Assembly (NCBI GenBank): GCA_950097015.1
Contig: CATNEN010000007.1
Location: 11,346,001-11,410,000 of the forward strand
DNA length: 64,000 nucleotides
Direction of reading: 5' to 3'
From: Macrostomum hystrix
Taxonomy: Eukaryota; Animalia; Platyhelminthes
Each line of letters opens with the position of its first letter. The first letter of the stretch is position 1. The position numbers and the translations under genes were made by a program. The notes below the pieces were generated by a model that worked only from the letters and a program-made list of their open reading frames with translations, had not been told where the DNA came from and made no database searches. Shown one piece after another: positions 1 through 11,400 of the stretch.

Positions 1-3
1 TTT

Positions 4-1100
4 ATGGCGGTTTTGCCAAGCGGAACAAACTTTTCGATCAACGATCTTCTACAAATCGGACCGAATGATTTTCCACAGATTCCGGCGCTGCTGATTCGGT
101 TCCGATGGAACTCGGTAGCGATTCAAGCGGACATAGAAAAGGCCTTTCTTCAAGTCGCGATTGATCCTGGAGACAGAGATTATCTTTGCTTCCTTTGGCA
201 CCAGACGGACAATCCCGATGTTGAAGGTCCAATCGTTCAGTACCGATTTTGCCGCGTTCCCTTCGGTCTCACCTGTTCACCGGCTCTTCTATAAGTCACA
301 ATTCTGCACCATCTCAAGACTCAAAAGTCTAAATATCCTAAATGCACCACAATTCTCAGCCATGACATGTACGTTTACAATTTAGTGACAAGTTGTGACT
401 CCGTGGATGACGCGCATCAACTGCGTCAGGAAGCTAAGACAATTTTCTTGTCTGCGGGAATGAACCTGCGACAGCGGCAACCAAACTCTCAGCCATTTCT
501 TTCGGGTGTACCCTCAGAAGACGTTGGGCATTCCGAGAAGGTTCTTGCCGTTCGATGGGATTCAGTTCTCGATTCTCTAATTCTCGACTTCCGTCAATAT
601 GCGGAATTATACTCACTTCAGCTACCTACTAAACGGTCGATCCTAGCCTTTCTCGCGAAGCTGTATGATCCACTCGGTCTAATTTCCCCTATTCTTACTC
701 TTGAAAAGTGCCTCCTGTAACAACTGTGCATTCGCAAACTGTCCTGGGACGAAGAGATGCCCGCAGACATTTGTCAAACCTGGAATCAGTGGCTCAAATC
801 GCTTCAAGTGCATACGTTCGAAGTTCAGGGTCGCCCGTTCGCTGTAGCGGTCGTGCCGTCGTTGCCCGTCGGTCAGACATTCGTGCTTTCCAGACAGTCG
901 GCATCGATTACGCTGGTCTGCTTCACTACCGTTCCGAATATCACAATGAGGACTGCAAAGCGTACATTCTCCAATTTACTTACTCATCCACCCGAGCTGT
1001 TCATTTAGAAACAGTCACTGACTTGACTTCACTCAATTCATTAACGGACTTCGCCGTTAAGTTCAAAAGTACTGTAGTTCTCGAGGAATTTCGTGGACGT
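4..1100 (+). mobile_element. Degenerate BEL/Pao LTR retrotransposon pol fragments (RT, peptidase A17/RNase H region, integrase piece)
   Basis: Broken ORFs carry Pao-type motifs: ADIEKAFLQVAI..DRDYLCFLW, YRFCRVPFGLTCSP, mutated YVDN (YVYN), PTKRSILAFLAKLYDPLGLISP and integrase IDYAG...TRAVHLE. In-frame stops and internal deletions are present. Confidence 0.9.
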
Positions 1101-1295
1101 TTATTCCGGCTAACATTTGTTTGTTTTCGTCAGTCTCCTTTCACTAAGCGCACGAGTAACAACGTTTTTCCTCTGTGTAATTTTTTGCTATGCAGGACCG
1201 GTTCTTCAAACTCAATTTCTCATATTTTTCTCTTCCCCTGCTCATTTTCCTTTTTTCTTCGTTAAAGTCTTTGTTGTAAAAAAAACTACGTTTTT

Positions 1296-1621
1296 GGGGG
1301 GAGTGTTGTAAATGTCGTCCAGTTCCCGTGCATTCTCGTGTTTTCTATATTAATTTTCTCAATGTACATTCATTTCCTCTCCTCCTGCCTGTTCTCTCTC
1401 TCCGCTCTCGTTATTATCGATCGCCCCCCTTTATCTGTCTCGCTTGCCGCTCAGCTCAACCCATTCTGTGCCCCCACCTCTCTTCTCTTATCTAACCTTC
1501 GCTCACCCATCCGCCTCCCTATTTAACAAACGTGTTTTGGGCTTACGCCCTGATGCTGCGGACTCGCCCGCTCGTTTCGCACAACTTAACTGCCCGCATT
1601 TCTCAAATTAATTTCTCTACA
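1296..1621 (+). mobile_element. Polypurine tract and putative 3' LTR of the BEL/Pao element
   Basis: GGGGGGAG (1296-1303) is followed by TGTTGTA and ends ...TACA at 1621. The partner LTR is outside the window. Confidence 0.55.
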
Positions 1622-1711
1622 AGTGCAATTAGCAAACTGCTTCTATGGCCAGTTGTTGGAGCACCTCAAAGCAATGAATTTAAAGAACGCTGTTGAGGTT
1701 GCATGCGTGAC

Positions 1712-1717
1712 TTTATT
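1712..1717 (-). terminator. Putative polyadenylation signal of gene A
   Basis: AATAAA on the minus strand ~300 nt after the stop codon at 2023-2025. Confidence 0.5.
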
Positions 1718-2022
1718 TAGATCAGGAACTGTCTCCATGAAATAATTTGCCTTGAACTGCGGATCCCATCACCAAAAAGTAGTTAAAAAACGATATTGTT
1801 CCGTTTGCCCATCGGCATTATCTGTAATCCAAGCTGCGAACTACTTCTTGGTCTCTGAGCTGACTGTCTTTACGGCGGTCTTCAGCGAGGTGCTCACCTC
1901 GGAAACCTTCAGCACCTGGATCAGCTTGTGTCCTGCAATTGGAAAGAGTTTTCGCACATTTACGGTTATGACCTGATTTTGAATTTCCATGGCCTTGAAT
2001 AATTGTACTTTTAAGGCCGCCA

Positions 2023-2474
2023 TCAGTCTTCATGCGAACCCTTACCGGACACGAGAGCACTGAGTGTGGGATTTCCGGCGCTATCTTTTCCGCACTCGCA
2101 GCCGCTCGCCGACTTGCCATTAATAACGCAGTCGAAGCCCTTATCGCCAATATTGCGGCATCTGCCGTCCTTCTGCGCGCACTTAGCCTCCATGAGCTCG
2201 CCGCCACTGGCGGTGCACTTGTACTTAAAGCATGAGTTAGTCCATTCCTGTCCCTGCTCGTAGCGGTTTCCGGTGCTGCGATCCACACAGACGCTGATCA
2301 CACTGCCGCCAGCGCTGCTGATGTCTCTAGCCTTGTCTCCGCTGACCACCTCGTTCTTTCCCCAGCCTGCTGAGTCCTGCACGCAGATGCAGTTTTTGTG
2401 CAGCTTTCCTCCGTAATGGCACGAGTAGCTGTCCTCGTTCAGCGCCTTGCAGGTCTTGTCAGACGCTTCACACT
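2023..2474 (-). CDS. Gene A terminal exon: Cys-rich vWC-like modules
   Basis: CVDRSTGNRYEQGQEWTNSCFKYKC motif; acceptor ctgcag| before 2474; stop after GKGSHED. Confidence 0.7.
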
Positions 2475-5400
2475 CTGCAGATTTGTTTCACGTAATGGAG
2501 CGTTATCTCAAAGTTTTTTCATCCATTTTTATTTCTTTATTTTGCTTTATCGTAAAAGCTTTATGGTGCCCCGATGACCTTGCATTTCAATAAAAACTTA
2601 CTCGGAATTCTCTTCAGTCCGGTGCTTGTGCACTCCATGACATTGCAGCCGTGGTTCCAGCGCTCGCCCTCGATGTAAACCTTCCTCGAGTCGAACGGAT
2701 CTGTGCAGCGGTTCTTGCTCTCCTTGATCTTGCAGTAGCCCCAGGATCCGGTTTCGTGCATTCGGTGGTACGAGCACCAGTACCGACCGTTGTAGGCGTC
2801 GCAGTTGTACAGCCACTTGCCCTGGTACTTGAACGGGAACACGCACTCGCGACCACTGTCCGTCAGTACTTTTTCATTAGAGGTGGCGATTGATTGATAG
2901 TGCAGGGCCTCGGCCTTCTTGCCCTTCTTGTTAACCCGACTGAACAGTCTGAAAATGAAGCAGCAAATTGAATTTAGTTAAAAAAAGGCGACAACGACTC
3001 TTCAGTTCTTGTAACAAAGCTGAGCCCTTGGATGTCCGGCGACTCGTGCGCTCAATAGTAGCACGTGCAAACAAAATGAAACTCACTTGCAGCGACACTT
3101 CCAGCTAAGCGATCCAGTGACCTGCGTGCACGGGAAGTACTCCTCAGTTGAATAGCACTGACCGTCGTAGCCAAGGCACTTTCTAGACAGGACTTCGATT
3201 CCACTGTCGCTGCACTTGAACTCAGAGCACTCTTCCTGCCAGGTGCTTCCAAGCGGCCGCAGCTGTTTGTCCTCAGTCCTGCAGTACTTAATGGTAGCAG
3301 TCTGGAGTTGACAGAGTCCGCTGATCTTGACGAAGCCATCCGGACAGTTGATCAGAGGATAGATTCTCTTGTAGATGAGCTTGAAGATGGTACTGATGTC
3401 GGTAGATCGGATGATTGTTACAAAGTGGCTGATTTCCTCTCCGGAATACAGGGCGGACCAGTCAGCTGGCTCTCTTGCGGGGGTAATCTGAACAGTGAAG
3501 AACTTTCCAGTGAACTTAAAGTCGTCTGACAGTCGTTTAATATCCGGGAGCTTGACGTCGCCCAACTTGATGTTGGAGCCAGTGATAAGGAAAACGATTG
3601 GCGTGCTTCCCTTTCTAGCCTTGGCGCGCTCTTCGTTAGCCTTCTTCATTCCCTCGAGCAGGTCTGCTTTGCCTCCAGGGAAACTTAGATCCTTGATCTT
3701 GTCATCGATTCCAGACAGATCGGCCTGGCTAAACTTAACCTCCGCATTTCCGCTTTTGCCCATAACAATGGCTGATGCGCGCACGCTGAGACCCTTCAGC
3801 TCCTTGACAGTGAACTCATTGAGCAGTCGAGTAAGGAAGTCCTTAATATCCTTTTCGGAGGCCTTGAGTTTGTCACTCCCATCGATGGTGAAGATAAAGT
3901 CAACCTTCCTTAATGAAATTCCCTTACTCTCATCTGGCACACAGCCCCTGCCGGGCTTGTGCACCCAGTTGCTGCCCAGCTTGCACTGGCATTCGTAGCC
4001 TGGCTTCTTGTTCACGCAGGTGGCTGATGCATCGCACAGCTTGCTGTCCTCCGCACATTCGTCAATGTCGACGCAGTCATTGCTGACGTAGCGAGAGCCG
4101 GAGTCGCATGTGCAGTTAAAAGAGCCGATTGTGTTGACGCACTTGGATCTGCCCTTGCAGTTGTGAGCTCCAGTTGCGCATTCGTCAATGTCCTTGCAGC
4201 CGAGACCTGTCTTGTAGGTGTAACCCTCGTCGCAAGCACACTTAAAGGAACCTATAGTGTTTACACACTTTCCAGAGCCAGCACAGGGATCTTTGCCCTT
4301 GCATTCGTCGATGTCCACACAACCAAAGTATTTATTGTACTCGAATCCAGTCTTGCAAGAGCACTTAAAGCTGCCTGGTGTATTGACACAAGTGGCGCTT
4401 CCTCCCAAGCATGGCCTCTCTTTGCATTCATCTATGTCAACGCATTTTCCCTTAGCCTTCTCAAAGTAGTAACCATTTTCACACTTCGGCTTACTTGGAC
4501 ACTTCTCCTCCTTCAGCGATACACATCCGCGAGATCTATCGTGACGGAAACCAGCGCGGCACAAGCAGATGTAGCTGCCGGGCAAGTTGACGCATGTACT
4601 GTCAGAGTGGCACGGGGACACCTTTGCAGCGCACTCGTTCACATCTCTGCAGCGTTTTCCTTGCATTCTGAATCCAGCAGTGCAGCCGGCTGTCTTCTCA
4701 AGTTCCTTGGTGATTTTCGGAATGGCAAGATAAGGTGGAACTCTTGCTGGGATGACTGTTAGACCTCCAATCGATGGTTCAGTCTTTCCTGGTTTTCTTG
4801 GTGGCAGACTGACAACAACCACGCGAACGCCTGCCTTCTTCAAAGACTCCAGCTCCCTCGTGACAGCGCTTTCAGAAGATGCCGGAACTCTGCTCTTCTT
4901 CAAAAGAATAATGTACTTTGGAACCTCCGGTCTGGCTCCTCCGACTGGCTTCATCATGACCATATTGGCAACACGAAGAGCTGCATCGAGATTATCAGCT
5001 GATCCTCCCGGCTTCTTTAGCTCTCTGACGAACGACATGAACTTGGATTTTTCCGGTCGCTCGTTGAATAGGCTTACAGTCGGGTTAGTCCTGCCAAAAA
5101 CAGCAACTGCTGGTCGAACGGAGTTGAATGAAAGTCTGTAGTTTGTCAGTAGCTTGATAATCATGTTCTTTAGCGATTCGAATTCATCCGAACTGACATC
5201 ATCAGTGCCATCCATAACGAAGGCAAGGTCAAGTGGCACGACTTTGCCACATGTTGCCTCAGGAACACATTTCTTGCCGTTTAGTACAAAGCCTTCTCTA
5301 CATACGCAGCCTTCATGGGCTGGCAAGCGGCACTTTCTTCGCCTGCCAATATCAGCGCAGGTCCTTGGACATCCACTCGAGCTTCGTCGGAAGACTGAGT

Positions 5401-8400
5401 TGGCGCCGCACTTCAGCGAACAGAAGTGGCGTCTCCTCCAACTCACCCGGAATCCCTTGGCCAGGCATGCATTGTACAAAGTTTCCAAAGACTGGCACAT
5501 GGCACGTCTGCGGTTTTTAGCTTTTCGGAACTGGCAAACATCAAACTCACAGTTCTTGTACAGCTTGGCGTAACTGACCTTGCCCGATTTCAAACAAGCA
5601 CGGAATGGTCCTTTCTTGTTTGAAATAAGGCCGCAGAATTTGTTGGATCTAACCTTTCGCTTCATCGATCCTGAGCATTTTGATGATGAAACTGGCTTGA
5701 CTTTGCATTTTGAGCTCTTGGACGAACGATCATTGACAAGATAGGATTGCCCAATTAGTACAAAGCCCTTTGAGCCCAGCTTGGATACGTCCTTTCCACT
5801 TCTGGTTCTTAAGTCGTCTTTGGGATCTCCGTTGCAATTTCCACAGATGCCCTGCACTTTGCCAGCAAATAGAGATTTCGGGAGATGCAACTCTGCTACT
5901 GACCGGCCGTTGAACTCAAGGTCCAGGCCACAGTACTTGGACTCAACGACGACATTCGTTCCACTGCTGTAAATTCGAAGCTTTTTACCATTCTTGTAGA
6001 GTGAAATGGGCAGCCGTCGAACTCGCTTGCCGTTTAGGAAAACACGGTTCTTCTGATGCAGGCGGATGGCCAGGCCATGGATTTTGATATCAACAAATCT
6101 TGTCCAGCTGACGCTTCGCTTCTTTCCCCGGACTTCATTCTTTGCTGTGACTGAGAAGTTGCACTTTGAAGACTTTCCTAGCTTCGACTTTGCAAGAAGA
6201 TACTTGCACTTGCCCATGAAGTGAATCCACTGTCCGTCAAATGTTCGGTAGTGCGGATCACCCATGGATGTGCAGGTGCAGAGCTTTCGCTTCTTTGGAT
6301 TGCAGGTGCCGCAGGATACTGGGCAGAGGAACTTCACCAGCTTTCTAGAGCAGCGCTTCCTTCTCGCCAAACTCTTGCAGACATACGTCTTGTCGTAGCA
6401 ACCCTTTAATGCTTTTCTGCAGCGGCCCTTGATGAAAATTGACTTACTGGGACACCTCTTTGGCACACAGGCGCCAAATGACTTTAAACCTCTTTTTACT
6501 GTTTTGCTTCTGTAATTCTTGGGACAGCTCCTGACGCATTGCTTGCCAAGCTTATAAGTTCCACTCTTGCAGGCAGATGAGGCACAGTACCGCCGCACTC
6601 CCCGTCTAGTTTTAAAGTAACGTCTGCGGAATCCTGAAGGACAGCGTCTGAGACAGCGTGTACCAAGCCTAAACAGCCTACCCTTGCAAGACTTCGGAGC
6701 GCAATACTTAAAGCGGTAAGACTTGGAATATCGGATAAACCTTTCAGCAAAGCCAGAGGGGCACCGCTGCACACACTGCCCGGCTGAGAAGAACCTGTCG
6801 CGGGGGCACGCGTCTCTGGCACACAGTCGGTACGGACGTCCTCCAATCTTCTTGCTCAGAACCCGATGGTTTTTAGGGCATCGGCGCTGGCATCTCCGAC
6901 GGTAGCTAACATAACCGGCCTTGCACAGTGGCATCGAGGGGACGCATGACGCTCTCCTGCGTCCTGAGACACGTCTGATTCGGCAGTTGAACCCTCTATG
7001 GCATCTCATCGTTGCACAAGGATTTTTGCTAGCGCACACAGCCACTTGGCGAACTTTACGTCCTGCTAGCGTCTTGATGACACATCTCTGGTTTCGTGAG
7101 CAAGTGACCTTTGAGCAAAGATTGCGGCGACATACGGCATAGCTTCTCATGAACTTGGACTTCCTGTATCTGAATCTAAAGCTGTACACCTTCTTCTCGT
7201 GCGAGCTTGGGCAGCTCTTGACACACCGGCCACCGAATCGAGCCATAGGATACTTGCATAGCTTTCTAGTGCACAGTCTCACGCTATAGGCGAGTCTGCG
7301 CCTCTTGAGGATTCTGAAGCGCCTTGTGGACCTTCTGATGTATCCGCGAGGACAGCTACGGACGCACCTATGCTTGTAGCGATAGGTTCCGGCCTTGCAG
7401 TCTGGAATGAAATATGAAAAGTAGTTAAATTAAATTAATTAAATTGAATTAAATTAAACACTCCAGAAAAAAAATAAAGAATTTTACTCTTACATCTCGG
7501 AACGCAGATAGCCTTGCGTACAGTTCGACGGACAGCTCGCCTTCCAGACCTGAATACCATGGTTCGACGGTTGATTACGCACCTCTTTGACTTGCTGCAG
7601 CGGACGCGGCGACAGAGGATTGTTGACAGTGTTGGTAAACAAAATCCGAGCTTCCGGCCCCGAACAATTCTTGACCGGTTGTAGTAGCCCGATGGGCACC
7701 GACGGAAGCAGCGACCAAAGGCCAGAGCTCTTGGGTATCGGCATGTCTTCTGGCGCACTGAAACAAAAAATGTGTGCAATCGACTGGCGAACGAAATCCT
7801 TCTTTTTTAGTAGGCTAAAACTAAATACGAGGCTTACCTGGTCTGCAGACACCGGTCAGCTTGAAGGATTTGCCCTTTGCTGTTCTCTTTAGGCGGTACA
7901 CCTTCTGGTAGCCAGGAGAGCATTCTGCAATTAGAAAGATAACACATGCCTTATTCTATGCTTTATTTCGCTTCGATTCGCCAAGTTAGCGAGTCTACAC
8001 ACTTCTCTTAGCACAGCTGGTGGCAGAAACGAGCTTTCTCAATCGCCTAGAATAGACTCGGTAGGTTCGCTTCTTGAAGCCACTCGGGCACCGCGAGATG
8101 CAGGCGCCTCTGAATGAAAATCGGCCTCTAGGGCACTCTGCAAGGTAAGTAGGTAAAACTATAGGGCCACTGCATTTACTCGTACATCACATTTAGATCT
8201 CATCACGCATGGCAAAAGCCAAACCTTTCTTGCAGAGCTTGATGCGACCAAATCTTAGTGAGAAGTAGCCTCTTGAGCAGCGGCTGACGCACTTGTCTCT
8301 GAGAGCGAACTTTCTGCCGCATTCTGAGATTTTGCATCAGATTCCATATTAAATACTTTAAACTGAAAAGTAATCCTATAACTTAACCACTAGCTGAAAC

Positions 8401-11400
8401 TTTAGAAGACTCACTTGGTCTGCAAGTGCGGATAACCTTCTTTGCTCTTCTGACCAGTATTGTCCTCATTCCTCTTGGACACTGCTTGCGGCATTTAGCG
8501 CGGAACAGGAACAGTCCCTTCGCGCAATTCTTCCCTGCTCTCTTGCACAGTCTAAGCACTCTGCGCACCCTTCTGCCGCCTCTGCGGAAGTGGACTACAC
8601 GGTCACGCAGCACAAATCCTCTGCGGCAGGGCTTGCTAGCACTGACACATCTGGATCTGTAGCGAGATCTTCGGGTCATGCGGCTCCATGATCGTCGGTA
8701 AACGATAAGCTGTCCCTTCTTGCATCTCTTAACCGGCCGGCAGTATCGAATGGCTGCATTTCTAGCCCTCTTGTAGACTCGGCCAGTGAAGTTCTTCGGG
8801 CATTTCTTTACACAACGCCTTTTAAACCGGAATGTTCCTTTGCTGCACCGCAAAGGCAGTTGCCTACAGCGTCCGCCTCTAGTCTTGTAGCCGCTGGGAC
8901 ACCGCTTGACGCATCGCCTGCGGAACCGGAGTAGACCGCTGGCGCACTTCTTACTGGCTTCCTTGAAGACACAGCGACCTCTTCGGGCCCGATATCCTTT
9001 AGGACATGACTTCCTGCACGTAATTCCCAGGCGGTAGCTACCCTTCGGACACCGAGTAGGCTTGCAGGATCTCAGCGATCTGACAGCAGTGTAGGTCCGC
9101 GGACAGACTTTAACACAAGATCTTTCTCCATTGGACCTGATTAGCAGCAGCTGACCAGATGGACAGAGGCGAGCTGGAAGGGAATATCCATGCAGATTAT
9201 TAAATTAACGTTTAATATCGAATCATAGATCAGGTAAAATGCTTACGGGTTGGAACGCATGATCCTCGGATATTGTAAGTGCCAGACGGACAGCGGGTTA
9301 CAATGCAGACTCCTCTGTACATCTTTCCACTTCGGCAAATCGTACTTCGTGTACAGCTTCGTCTCTTCTTTTCAAAGCCAAGAGGGCACGTTTTGAGGCA
9401 GAGCCTTCTGAATCTAAGCAGACCCTTCTTGCAGTGCTTTATTCCTGAACAGATTTTAAAATATGAGCTCAGTCTAGAATCATATTCGTCGAGCGTACCC
9501 TCGTTCATAAATGCAACAAACAGAGCACCGGCCAGGTCAAAACAATATTAGCCATCAAAGACTCAGTGCTCTTATCACTTACTGATGCACGATCGTCTCG
9601 CAAAGCTGCGGTAATGTCCAGGCGGGCACTTCACCAGGCACATCTTTCCGTAAGCAAATCGGCCTAATCGGCATTTGCTTGTCTCTAAATAAATAAGAAT
9701 GCAAATTTAGAAAAGTGCTTTTTAAAAGCCTAAGACTAAATTGAAGATGGAATTCTGCAGCTCGACTCACTGAAACAGTACGATCCACGTCGACTCGTTC
9801 CAGATGGACAGCCCTTCATGCAGGTGCCTCGGTACCTGAATGTTCCCTTCCGGCATGCGGAATAAGCGCACCGGCTGCCTCGCTTGGTAAATCCGGCCGG
9901 ACAAGTCCTTAAGCACAGCGCGCGACCCAGCTTCACGTAGCCCGCTGGGCAACTGACGGACACTCTCCGGCAGGCTCGACGAATTCCAATGTAGCCAACG
10001 GGGCACTTCGCCACACAGGACCGGCCGATACGGAACTTATTCAAGCAGTATCCTCTAATGCATCTCTGTTTGCGGAATCCGACTCTAATGAAGCCCTTCT
10101 TGCAGACCTTGAGGCAGTACCAGCGGCGTCTTCGGGTGCCGCTGGGGCATCTGGACTTACAAGAACCAGCGTAATAGACCTGACCGCGCCTGCAACTGCG
10201 CTTTCCTGTGTTTTTGAACATGAATACGATAATTTATTAAAAATATAATGAGTGTCGTGTGACAATATACTTAAATTTTAATCAGAACTTACTTATGCAA
10301 ACAATTCGGCCTCTTCGAATGCTCAGTCTTGCCTTTGAGCCACTTGGGCAGCGAGCTCCTGCAACCGATTGTTTTTAATCATAAAGTATTTTTGGCAGTT
10401 CAAGACGTGTATTTTTTAGAATTTTGTTTGAAAGCATTAAATTAGGCTACTTAAAAAAGCAACCTTCTCGAATGATTTATCTCTAACTTACTGATGCATC
10501 GCCGTCCTTTGGCGTACGTGTGCTTCGGGCACCTCCTTCGGCATCTTCTGCCATAGGCGAATCCTGATCTACAGTAGATTCTACGGCCTAAAAATTTGTA
10601 TAGAATGGTACAATTAAATGCAGAAATGAAGCGCGTGCAAACGGAATGGCCAACAACAGCAATAAGCTGCCTAGCTTACGGTAGCAATTATTGCCTCTGC
10701 GGAATGAATTTCTTGGACACTCTGAAAGTGCAAATGATACTTTTTTCGTATTAAATGAGCGATTGTTGGTAATTCAAGTTTTCAGAGTTTTCAGAGTAGT
10801 TTTGCGAGCTAATGTTTCTGAGCCGCTATGATGCTTACGTGTGCATCGACGACCAACCGCAATGTATTTTCTCGGGCAGCTCTTCACACATCTTGTCCTG
10901 TACATGAATGCTGGACAAGTCTTAACAACTAAAACGGCAGAAAAAAGTGTTTTAATTCGTACTAAGTTTTAGAATAAAGAATGCTTGTAAAGCCTGCGCA
11001 GCGTGCGCGACAACTTACGCTTGCATGATCGACTCGACGAACGCCTTGTGCCACTGGGGCATTTGCGCCAGCAGCGGTTGTTGAACAGGAACGTTCCAGA
11101 CTTGCAAACCCTGTTGAACTCTGCAACCCGTTTACAATCGTTAATGAAGCCTTGAAAAATAATGTATTGGAAAACTCAAGTATTAGCATTAGAAAAATAA
11201 CTCACTGATGCATCTAGGTCCCCGCTTAGTCTTGATCATCGTAAAAGTACGCGGGCAAACTCTGTAGAATTTGACGCATGTCCTTCCTCGGCGACGATAT
11301 CCACTTGGACAAACTTCTGGAAGCAAGTTGAAGTTTATAATAAAGTTTTAGTAAAATCTTTTTTATGTTATAATGAAACTATGAAATATTTTTTAACTTA

